Assembly (NCBI GenBank): GCA_963718605.1
Contig: OY970363.1
Location: forward strand, 50,404-114,403
DNA: 64,000 nt
Reading direction: 5' to 3'
Source of the DNA: an uncultured Actinomycetes bacterium
GTDB taxonomy: Bacteria > Actinomycetota > Acidimicrobiia > Acidimicrobiales > JACCXE01
Below, piece by piece: positions 49,244 to 57,077 of the stretch. A program made the position numbers and the translations under genes. Numbering within the stretch: the first letter of the stretch is position 1; each line of letters begins with the position of its first letter. A model generated the notes under the pieces. That model saw only the letters and a list, made by a program, of their open reading frames with translations. It was not told where the DNA came from and did not search any database.

Positions 49244-50173
49244 CTAGTACGACTCGAGGTCGAGGGCCGAGGTACCGATCGTCTTCGCGATGGCGGCCGC
49301 GTCGCCGTCGCCGTAGTCGGCACCGAGTTCTTCGCCGAGTTCGCGCAACGTGTACTTGTACCGATTCGCCCACGTCTCGTAGCTCTCGACGCGGGACGCG
49401 TCGGTGTGGCTCACGATGTAGCCGCGACTGGATTTGCGGATGACGGGCTCGGTCGCCTCACCGAACCGGATGTCGATCGACCAACGCACGCGACCGGCGT
49501 TGTTGTCCAGCGCGTGATGCAGCGTGAGATCGCTGAAGAACAGCACGTCGCCGGGCTCCATCGCCGCGGTGAACGGATTCGCCGGAACGTGCTCGTCGGC
49601 GACGGTGCGCAGGCCGTTGACCGAGGGCACCTGCGGAATCAAACCCTGCCGATGCGAACCCGGGCCCATTTCGAGACAGCCGGAGTCGCCGTCAACCCGG
49701 ACCAACGGCACCCACGCGCTAATCAACTTCCCGTCGGTCGGATCCCACTGCTTGTAATAGTGCGCGTCCTGATGCCAGTGGATGCGCTGCGTGTCGTGTC
49801 CGGCCGAGTCGCGTGGCCGGCCGTTCCAGATCGAGTGCGCGATCAGGTCGGGCCCGATGAGCGTGCGCGCCGCGTCCAACAGCGCGGGGTGTTGCCATAG
49901 CGCATAGACCTCAGGGCTGACGAGGATGCGGCGCCACGCGGTCGCGTACAGCGCGGGCAACTGGGCCCGCAGCACGTTCCAGCGCTGATCGAACGGGTAG
50001 CCCTTCGCCGCGTCCGTGATCACGCCGGCCTCGACCCACGAGTCGGCCAAACGGTCGACCGCGTCTGCGAAGACGCGTTGCAGACCTTCCAGCGTTTCTT
50101 TGTCGATCACGCCCCGGCGGATGAGGAACCCATCGCGCTCGAAGGTGGCGACCTCTTCCCCCGTCAAGGACAT
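49244..50173 (-). CDS. Phytanoyl-CoA dioxygenase (PhyH) family Fe/2OG enzyme
   Basis: WHQD, GCL..PGSH, GDVLFF...LHH, RWSIDIR. Confidence 0.88.
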   Translation of the reverse strand: MSLTGEEVATFERDGFLIRRGVIDKETLEGLQRVFADAVDRLADSWVEAGVITDAAKGYPFDQRWNVLRAQLPALYATAWRRILVSPEVYALWQHPALLDAARTLIGPDLIAHSIWNGRPRDSAGHDTQRIHWHQDAHYYKQWDPTDGKLISAWVPLVRVDGDSGCLEMGPGSHRQGLIPQVPSVNGLRTVADEHVPANPFTAAMEPGDVLFFSDLTLHHALDNNAGRVRWSIDIRFGEATEPVIRKSSRGYIVSHTDASRVESYETWANRYKYTLRELGEELGADYGDGDAAAIAKTIGTSALDLESY

Positions 50174-50214
50174 GACATAAACCGTACCAGTTGGTCAGTA
50201 ATTTGGGAATGGAC

Positions 50215-51321
50215 TCAAAGCGACGCCTCGACGCGGGCGGCGGTGGCGAGCAGCAACTCTTCGCCGCCGGGGCCTGCGACCAGTTGCAGGCTGGCGCCGG
50301 GCCCACCCGGAAGCGGAATCGAGACTGCGGGCACGCCGGCGAGGTTGAACGGGAACACGAGCGGGTTGGGCAGGAAGTCGGCGCCCACGGGCACCGGCGC
50401 CTCATGCAGCGTGGGCAGCGCGATCACCGGGACACGCGCGAGCAGGGCGAGGAGTTCGCGCGTCCACTGTTCTTGCTCGCTTAGGCCTTCCTTGTACGCG
50501 TCTTCGGTGATGCCGGCGCAGCCGCGCAAGCGATCGCCGACGTACTCGTGCACCCCGCCGGGGATAGCCAACAATTCCTGGTCGGACTGCCACGCCTCGA
50601 AACCGATCACTATCGCGAAGGAGCGGCCGCACCGGTCCCAGCCTTCGAGTTCGACCGGCTCGATGTTCATTTCGGCATCCCGCAGCGCATCGTCGACCGC
50701 TTTGTCGAAGAGCGGATCGACCGACACGTCAGGCGCAGTAGCGAGCCGTCCGATCACGGTGGCCGGCGCAACACCATCCACACTGAATCCGGGCACCAGC
50801 ATTTGCATGCCGACGACAAGCCCGGCGACGTCGCGCGCGAGCGGGCCAACGGTGTCGAGCGACGGAGACAAGGGCCAGACGCCTTCAAGCGACACTCGAC
50901 CGTGGGTCGTCTTGAGGCCGGCGATGCCGCAACACGCGGCGGGCAGCCGCACGGATCCCCCGGTGTCGGTGCCGAAGCCGACGTCGGCTTCGTCAAGCGC
51001 CACCGCGACCGCCGAGCCGCTCGAGGAACCACCCGGCACGAGACCGGGCCAACGCGGGTTCACCGGGTCGCCGAACGTCGGGTTGAGGCCGGTGGTGCCG
51101 AAGCACAGCTCGTGCAGGTTGGTCTTGCCCACGATGCGCGCCCCCGCGGCGCGCGCCGTCGTGACGCACGCCGCGTCCTTCTCGGCGACGGTGCCCCGGT
51201 CGGCCAACGCTTTGCAGCCCGCGGTGGTGACGGTGCCCGCAATGTCGATCGCGTCTTTGACGGCGAGGCGCGGCGCGGCGCTATCGCCATGCTCGTCAAG
51301 ACGCAGTATCCACTCGTTCAA
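50215..51321 (-). CDS. Amidase-signature family enzyme
   Basis: AVKD, GKTNLHE, GGSSSGS, GTDTGGSVR. Confidence 0.9.
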   Translation of the reverse strand: MNEWILRLDEHGDSAAPRLAVKDAIDIAGTVTTAGCKALADRGTVAEKDAACVTTARAAGARIVGKTNLHELCFGTTGLNPTFGDPVNPRWPGLVPGGSSSGSAVAVALDEADVGFGTDTGGSVRLPAACCGIAGLKTTHGRVSLEGVWPLSPSLDTVGPLARDVAGLVVGMQMLVPGFSVDGVAPATVIGRLATAPDVSVDPLFDKAVDDALRDAEMNIEPVELEGWDRCGRSFAIVIGFEAWQSDQELLAIPGGVHEYVGDRLRGCAGITEDAYKEGLSEQEQWTRELLALLARVPVIALPTLHEAPVPVGADFLPNPLVFPFNLAGVPAVSIPLPGGPGASLQLVAGPGGEELLLATAARVEASL

Positions 51322-51331
51322 TTGGGCTCCC

Positions 51332-52111
51332 TCATCCGTTTTCGTTTCGGGGTGGGCCGAGACGCGACGCCCATCCCACGAGCACAGCGATCGCGCGCGG
51401 GTCGTGGCGCAACCGGTGTTGCGCGCCGACGAGCACGCGCACGTCCACGTCGCCGTCGTCACCGCCGGCCGCCATTAGCTCGCGGGCCGACGTGACGGGC
51501 ACGACATCGTCTTCGCTGCCATGCACCAACAGCACGGGCCGCTTCTGCATCTTTGCGATCGCCTTGCGCGGGCTCTCGCTCACAAAGTCCGTGGCCCATA
51601 GCGAAACATCCTCGGGAAAGGCTTTGTCCTTCACCACGCCGAGTTCACGGCACGCGTCGAGAAAGCGGCGCGGCTCGGCCGACCAGCTGTCGAAGGTCGC
51701 CGGCACCGCGAACCCGGCGACGGATTTGATGCGGGCGTCGTGTGCGCCGCGACACAGCGCGACCGCGCCGCCGGCGCTGAAGCCGGCCACGCCGACTTCC
51801 ACGAGATTGCGGGTTTGGGTGATCCAGTCGATCGCGACGCCGAGGTCGTCAATCCATCCCGACAAGGAAAAGTCGCCGTCGGACTTCCCACAACCGCGGA
51901 AGGTGAAGGTCAGCACCGCCGCCCCGGTCTCGTCGGCGAGGAACTGGGCCAGGTCGGCGTAGCCCTCGCCGGTCGCGAGCGCGCCGCGCGGCATGGAGGG
52001 AAAACCGTGGCAGAGCACCACCGCCGCGGCGCCGCGCTCGGCACCGGGAGGCAGCGCAAGTTGTCCGACAAGGTCGCCCGCCGCCCCCGGCAAGACGACG
52101 GGCTCAGCCAC
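51332..52111 (-). CDS. Alpha/beta hydrolase
   Basis: CHGFP, GFSAGG, HGSED, QHRLRHD. Confidence 0.85.
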   Translation of the reverse strand: MAEPVVLPGAAGDLVGQLALPPGAERGAAAVVLCHGFPSMPRGALATGEGYADLAQFLADETGAAVLTFTFRGCGKSDGDFSLSGWIDDLGVAIDWITQTRNLVEVGVAGFSAGGAVALCRGAHDARIKSVAGFAVPATFDSWSAEPRRFLDACRELGVVKDKAFPEDVSLWATDFVSESPRKAIAKMQKRPVLLVHGSEDDVVPVTSARELMAAGGDDGDVDVRVLVGAQHRLRHDPRAIAVLVGWASRLGPPRNENG

Positions 52112-52327
52112 CTAACTCAAATCGCGGTCGGAGTGGCCCTTCCACAGCTTGTAGCCGCGGTTGCGCGCCTCTGCGAGGCGATCGGGGCCGAACGTTTGGT
52201 AGGTCTGAGCGGTGACGAGTTCGTCGACCAGCGCCGAGTCCAGGTCCGAAGCGTCGAGGTCATAGACGACTTGCGATCGCTTGTCGCCGAGAAACCGGTT
52301 GTGTTCGAAACGGGTGGGCCGACTCAT
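52112..52327 (-). CDS. Small hypothetical protein, 71 aa
   Basis: Typical codon usage; FLGDKR...FGPDRLAEARNRGY; abuts the hydrolase gene. Confidence 0.72.
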   Translation of the reverse strand: MSRPTRFEHNRFLGDKRSQVVYDLDASDLDSALVDELVTAQTYQTFGPDRLAEARNRGYKLWKGHSDRDLS

Positions 52328-52353
52328 TGCCGTTTGAAACTACCTGCAGACGC

Positions 52354-52386
52354 GCCGAAGGGGCACCACCGTGGCGCCCCTTCGGC
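52354..52386. terminator. GC-rich terminator-like hairpin
   Basis: GCCGAAGGGGC...GCCCCTTCGGC; no long U-tract. Confidence 0.65.
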
Positions 52387-52613
52387 TAGATAACTATCGG
52401 AAAGTCTCGCTGACCGGACTACGCAGGGAGGACGAGGCCTGCCCGGGGGTTCCAACGAGGGTGACTGGCGAGTATTCGCCGGGTGGTCCGACAAGCCGCC
52501 TTAGCGGCCAGCCACCTCCAGAGTCCTAAAACGTAAATGCATTCGCTGGACCACCTCCTTTCTCTGGTGCACGCAGTAAATCAGAAACCGAGGGCCTTGT
52601 GGTGGCATTTACG
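52354..52613 (-). ncRNA. Candidate structured RNA with two extended SD motifs and a 13-codon ORF (52501-52542)
   Basis: Several complementary segments, an 18/19 match to the 16S 3' end and a terminal hairpin; strand and ends inferred. Confidence 0.55.
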
Positions 52614-52665
52614 CGCGGTTCACAGGTGCCCCCGGAATTCGGCCCCAGCGGCATAGTTTCGGAGC

Positions 52666-53583
52666 GTGAGAACAACGACCCGGCGGGCCCTGATCGTGGT
52701 GGTAGCAGTCGCGGTGCTCGGTCTGTTCGGCGGACTGGTGGTGCACGACAGCGACCGTACGTTGTTCGGGCTCGGCTCCAAGAAGACTCCTCCGACCCTG
52801 GCCGACGGCTCCCCTGTCCCCACTCTGCCGAACGGCTCACCCGTCCCGACCTTCCGCGACCACACGCCCGTCCCGACAACTCCCGAAGGCAGGCCCATCC
52901 CGACCTTCGCGGACGACCCGAGAAACCTCGTGAACAAGGACGGCTCGCGGCGTCCGACCACCACGCGGTTCGTGGAAAGCAAAGAGGACGACCCGGAAGC
53001 AGAGTGGGGCCCCGTAGCCGACTGCCCGAACGCCGAAGCAACGCGGCCGGCCGTCCTGGTGGCACAGTTCACGCACACCGACAACACGCCGCTCAGCTTC
53101 GACCGCGCCGTCGGCATGTTGGACGAGGCCAACGTGTCGAGCGAGCGGCTACGCCGCCTCGGTGAAGCGCACTTCCTCGGCTTCATCGCAAACCCGGGGA
53201 CCGTTGGCTCTCTCATCGAGGGGGCTAGGCGGCTGGCCGCGCTCGCGCCCAAGAGTGGCGAGAAAAAGGTCGACGTAGAAATGCACTGTGAGGGTCATAC
53301 GCGCAGCGATGGAAGTATCACGCTGGTCTTGCCCGAGGGCATCGACCCCGATGCCGTTGTGTACCGCAACGGTTTTCGCGACACCGTCGACCGGACATTC
53401 TCGTTAAGCGACGAGCGCGGCGCGACGCTGTGGAGCCTGAAGACGGACAAGGACCACACCGTGCGTAGGGCGATCGCCTACATGCGCGACCGCGACGTGC
53501 TGGCGGCCTACCCCGGCGCCGGCTGCGCGGTGAAGAACGGCGACCCGAACCAGCCGGTGCCTTGCGGGCTGCGCGTCGGTTAG
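52666..53583 (+). CDS. Secreted/membrane-anchored hypothetical protein with four 9-aa Pro-Thr repeats
   Basis: N-terminal hydrophobic helix; DGSPVPTL/NGSPVPTF/DHTPVPTT/EGRPIPTF. Confidence 0.65.
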   Translation: MRTTTRRALIVVVAVAVLGLFGGLVVHDSDRTLFGLGSKKTPPTLADGSPVPTLPNGSPVPTFRDHTPVPTTPEGRPIPTFADDPRNLVNKDGSRRPTTTRFVESKEDDPEAEWGPVADCPNAEATRPAVLVAQFTHTDNTPLSFDRAVGMLDEANVSSERLRRLGEAHFLGFIANPGTVGSLIEGARRLAALAPKSGEKKVDVEMHCEGHTRSDGSITLVLPEGIDPDAVVYRNGFRDTVDRTFSLSDERGATLWSLKTDKDHTVRRAIAYMRDRDVLAAYPGAGCAVKNGDPNQPVPCGLRVG

Positions 53584-54014
53584 TTGTCCGCGACCGGTCC
53601 CACGGCGCCGATTAACTCCAGATACGCGAACACGCTCTCGACAACCGACTGGGCCTGGTCGTAACCAAGAGCGACGCCGTTCTCGGACGCCCGCCGCATT
53701 GCGTGAGTAACGGCCTCGGCCTCACCGACCACGACGGCCTCGCCCGCGTCCGGCACGTCACCGGTCACGCTCACGACGCCGGCGTTCGTGCGGAGCAACT
53801 CGATGGTCCAGTCGACAATTCGTTGCACATCGGCGTACGACAGTGTGGCGGTGACCTGGGGTGAGAGGTGTTCGGCGATCCAGACGGTGGCCTCGTCGGG
53901 ATCGAACACGGGACGGGCCGGCACCGCGTCGAGCAAGTGGGCCTCGCGTCCGACCGCCCCGGCCGCGATCGCGAACACGATCAACATTGTCAGTACTGCA
54001 GCGGCGATAACCAC
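53580..54014 (-). CDS. Hypothetical protein with N-terminal membrane anchor
   Basis: Hydrophobic N-terminus; AYLELIGAVGP C-terminus. Confidence 0.68.
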   Translation of the reverse strand: MVIAAAVLTMLIVFAIAAGAVGREAHLLDAVPARPVFDPDEATVWIAEHLSPQVTATLSYADVQRIVDWTIELLRTNAGVVSVTGDVPDAGEAVVVGEAEAVTHAMRRASENGVALGYDQAQSVVESVFAYLELIGAVGPVADN

Positions 54015-54024
54015 GGCGAGGTTT

Positions 54025-54381
54025 CTAGACCTCGTTGCGCATACGCAGGAAAACGCCGACGACAACGGCCGCGATGGCGAGCACCAACACCACGAGCAAC
54101 ACGACTGCTCCGCTGTTCACCGGCTCTTTCTTCTGGACGACCGTCGTGCTGGTGGTCGACGAACTACTCGACGTCGTGGACGACTTCTTGATCGTCGTGA
54201 CCGGACGCGCCGTCGTGGGCGGCGCGGTGGAGGGCGCTTCCGGCGTCGTCGTGACGACGGGAGCTTCAGTGGTTTCGGGCGTCGTGGGCAACGTCGTGTC
54301 CGCCTGGGCGAACGCAGACGCCAGCGCGAAAACCGACAGCGCTACCAGCGTCGCCAGAACGGCCGCGACGCGTCTAACCAC
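54025..54381 (-). CDS. Thr/Ser/Pro-rich surface protein (signal peptide plus C-terminal TM)
   Basis: AFA signal cleavage motif, T/S/P tract, hydrophobic tail. Confidence 0.68.
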   Translation of the reverse strand: MVRRVAAVLATLVALSVFALASAFAQADTTLPTTPETTEAPVVTTTPEAPSTAPPTTARPVTTIKKSSTTSSSSSTTSTTVVQKKEPVNSGAVVLLVVLVLAIAAVVVGVFLRMRNEV

Positions 54382-55496
54382 TAGATCCCGATGCGCTGGG
54401 CGAGTTGCTCGCGGTGATATGTCGGGTCGCCGAGGAACAACTCCATCGACTTCGCCCGCTTGAAGTAGAGGTGCGCGTCGTGCTCCCACGTAAAGCCGAT
54501 GCCGCCGTGAATCTGGATGTTCTCGGCCGCAGCATGGAAGTACGCGTCCGAGCAGTACGCCTTGGCGAGGCTGGCGGTGACGGGCAGTTCGTCGTTGCCT
54601 TCCGCGGCACACCAGGCGGCGTAATACGCGGCCGACTTCGCCGACTCGACCTCGAGCAGCATGTCTGCACACTTGTGCTTGATCGCCTGGAACGAACCGA
54701 TCGGACGGCCGAACTGCACGCGCACCTTCGCGTACTCAACCGACATTTCGAGCACCTTCTGGGCGCCGCCGACCTGCTCGTTGGCGAGCGCGACCGCCGC
54801 GAGATCGAGCGTGGCCTGCATGGTGGCCCAGCCCCCGCCGTCGGTGCCGATGAGACGGGCGGGCGTGTTGTTGAACTCGACGCGGGCCTGCTTACGGGTC
54901 TGGTCCATCGTGGACAGCGCCTCGCGGGTGACGCTCGCGTCCGACGGGTCAACCGCGAACAGCGACACGCCGGCGCCGGTGCGGGCGGCGACGATGATCA
55001 GGTTCGCGACGTGACCGTCGAGCACGAACATCTTGGAACCGGTGAGGCTCCAGCTGTCGCCCGACTGCGTGGCCGGAAGCGTGATGCCTTCCTCGTCCCA
55101 CTTCCCGCTCTCCTCGGTGAAGGCGAGCGTGGCGATGGTCTCGCCGCTCGCGATGCCGGGGAGCAGTTCCTTCTTCGCCGAGTCGTCGCCGGACTGCAGC
55201 AGTGCGGTGGTGGCCAGTACGGCCGAGGAGAAGAACGGCGCACACAGGAGCGACCGGCCCATCTCTTCGAGCACGATGCCGAGTTCTATGAACGTGTAGC
55301 CCGAGCCGCCGAATTCTTCAGGAATGGCCAGGCCCTGGAGGCCCAGCTGGTTCGCCATCTGGTCCCACACCCCGGGGTCATAGCCCTCAGCGGTCTCCAT
55401 GAGGCGACGGACCTCAGGGGAGGACGACTTGTCGTCCAGGAAGCGACGAACCGAGTTACGCAGTTCGTCCTGCTCTTCGGTGAAGGCGAAATTCAC
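54381..55496 (-). CDS. Acyl-CoA dehydrogenase (FadE-type)
   Basis: FTEEQ, IPEEFGG, RVQFGRPIGSFQAIKH, IQIHGGIGFTWEH. Confidence 0.95.
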   Translation of the reverse strand: MNFAFTEEQDELRNSVRRFLDDKSSSPEVRRLMETAEGYDPGVWDQMANQLGLQGLAIPEEFGGSGYTFIELGIVLEEMGRSLLCAPFFSSAVLATTALLQSGDDSAKKELLPGIASGETIATLAFTEESGKWDEEGITLPATQSGDSWSLTGSKMFVLDGHVANLIIVAARTGAGVSLFAVDPSDASVTREALSTMDQTRKQARVEFNNTPARLIGTDGGGWATMQATLDLAAVALANEQVGGAQKVLEMSVEYAKVRVQFGRPIGSFQAIKHKCADMLLEVESAKSAAYYAAWCAAEGNDELPVTASLAKAYCSDAYFHAAAENIQIHGGIGFTWEHDAHLYFKRAKSMELFLGDPTYHREQLAQRIGI

Positions 55497-55546
55497 GGTG
55501 TTTCTCCCGGTGGGCGACGACAAATAGGAACGCCAATGCTTACTAG

Positions 55547-55558
55547 ACCGACCGGTCA
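55547..55558. promoter_or_regulatory. Palindrome GACC-GACC-GGTC, candidate TetR-type operator
   Basis: Upstream of the acyl-CoA dehydrogenase; related TACCAGTTGGTC upstream of the PhyH gene (~50186-50197). Confidence 0.4.
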
Positions 55559-55570
55559 AGTTTCCACCGA

Positions 55571-55713
55571 TCGCGCCGCTTGGCGACGCTCGGCCTCGTC
55601 GACAACTGACCGGCGCTGCGGGTCCTGTCGCCGAGCAGCCCCACCGTCCTCGCAAGCTGCGGGCGGCGGGGCGCCCCGCTCGGCGCCACCCGCACCGCCT
55701 CGCCGTCGCGCGA
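55571..55713. other. Highly structured GC-rich intergenic element
   Basis: Nested complementary segments TCGCGC/GCGCGA, GCCGAGC/GCTCGGC, GCCCC/GGGGC, CGCA-AGC-TGCG. Confidence 0.45.
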
Positions 55714-55734
55714 TTTCCCGCAACCCCGCGGTCG

Positions 55735-55807
55735 CGTTACTACGCGTGAAAGGGTCGTGATTCGGCGCAAGTCGCGGCAGATCGCAGCCCTTTCGTGTGT
55801 AGTAACG
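55735..55807. repeat. Long imperfect inverted repeat (20-bp arms)
   Basis: CGTTACTACGCGTGAAAGGG / CCCTTTCGTGTGTAGTAACG. Confidence 0.75.
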
Positions 55808-55896
55808 AGCGGCCTCGGTCTTCCAGGCCACGCATGGGTGACGCTCGCGCGCTAAGTGCGGACGGTGCTGCGGAACCGCTGGGTAGCGTTGGCCGC

Positions 55897-56505
55897 GTGA
55901 GCACGCTCATTTACGAAGACGCGCTGGCCGAGGTGCACATGGTGGTTGTCGGGTCCTACGACAACAACGTGTACGTCGTGCGATGCAAGGAGACCGGCGA
56001 CGGGCTGCTCGTCGACGCCGCCAACGAGCACGAAAAGCTGCTCGAGCTGTGCCAGGCGCTCGACGTGCGCCGCGTGGTCGAAACCCACGGGCACTGGGAT
56101 CACATCCAGGCCGTCCCCCAGATCCGCGACGCCGGCTACCGGGTCGCGGTCACGCAGGCCGACGCCGGCATGCTGCCGTCCTACGACGACATCTTGGAGG
56201 ACGAGTCGGTTCTCGAAGTCGGCCGGCTGCGCATCGACACGATCGCGACACCGGGCCACACCCCGGGTTCCATGTGCTTCCGCGTGCAGGGCACTCCCCT
56301 GCTGCTGAGCGGCGACACGCTGTTTCCCGGTGGGCCCGGCAACACGAAGTTCGAGGGCGGCGACTTCGACACGATCATGCGCTCGCTCGATGAGCGCCTG
56401 TTCACTTACCCCGACGACGTGATCGTGCTGCCCGGTCACGGCGACTCGACGACGCTCGGCCAGGAGCGGCCGCACCTCGGCGAGTGGGCCGAGCGCGGCT
56501 GGTGA
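55897..56505 (+). CDS. MBL-fold metallo-hydrolase (glyoxalase II-like)
   Basis: THGHWDH, TPGHTPG, SGDTLF, PGHG. Confidence 0.92.
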   Translation: MSTLIYEDALAEVHMVVVGSYDNNVYVVRCKETGDGLLVDAANEHEKLLELCQALDVRRVVETHGHWDHIQAVPQIRDAGYRVAVTQADAGMLPSYDDILEDESVLEVGRLRIDTIATPGHTPGSMCFRVQGTPLLLSGDTLFPGGPGNTKFEGGDFDTIMRSLDERLFTYPDDVIVLPGHGDSTTLGQERPHLGEWAERGW

Positions 56506-57077
56506 ACGCGCTCGACGCGATCTTCGCCCGGCGATCGATCGGCCGTCTGACCGAGCCGGCCCCGAGCGCGGCTGAACTGGAAACGATCCTGCGGGCCGGC
56601 GCCGCCGCTCCCGATCACAACGAACTCCGGCCCTGGAAGTTCGTGATCCTCAGCGGCGACGAAAAGGACGCCTTCGGCGCTGTCCTGGCCGACGCGTACG
56701 CGGCGCGCTGTGCGAGCGACGACGAACAGGTCTTCACGGCCAAGCTCGAGAAGGAACGGACCAAGCTTGGCCGGGCTCCGTTGGTGATCGTGGTCGGCGC
56801 CGTGCATCGCGGCGACGAGAAGATTCCGTTCATTGAACAGTTCGCGAGCGCGGCTGCGGCCTCGCAAAACATGCTGCTCGCCGCGACGGCCCTGGGCTAC
56901 GGCTCGATGTGGCGCACCGGTGAACCGGCGTACGACGAGAACGTGAAGGGCGCGCTCGGCCTACGACCCGAAGACGCGATCGTCGGCTTCCTGTATCTGG
57001 GCACCCCGAGAGAGGGCGGGACTAAACCGCCGAACAATCCCGAGATCGACGATCTCGCAATGGAGTGGAGCGTTTAG
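56502..57077 (+). CDS. Nitroreductase (YdjA-like)
   Basis: RRSI, APDH..LRPW, GSMWRTG, GFLYLGT. Confidence 0.9.
   Translation: MNALDAIFARRSIGRLTEPAPSAAELETILRAGAAAPDHNELRPWKFVILSGDEKDAFGAVLADAYAARCASDDEQVFTAKLEKERTKLGRAPLVIVVGAVHRGDEKIPFIEQFASAAAASQNMLLAATALGYGSMWRTGEPAYDENVKGALGLRPEDAIVGFLYLGTPREGGTKPPNNPEIDDLAMEWSV

Noticed and set aside
52504-52563. 16S rRNA gene fragment
   Set aside because: Similarity is limited to the terminal anti-SD segment and the flanks are not rRNA-like; kept as a candidate RNA finding instead.
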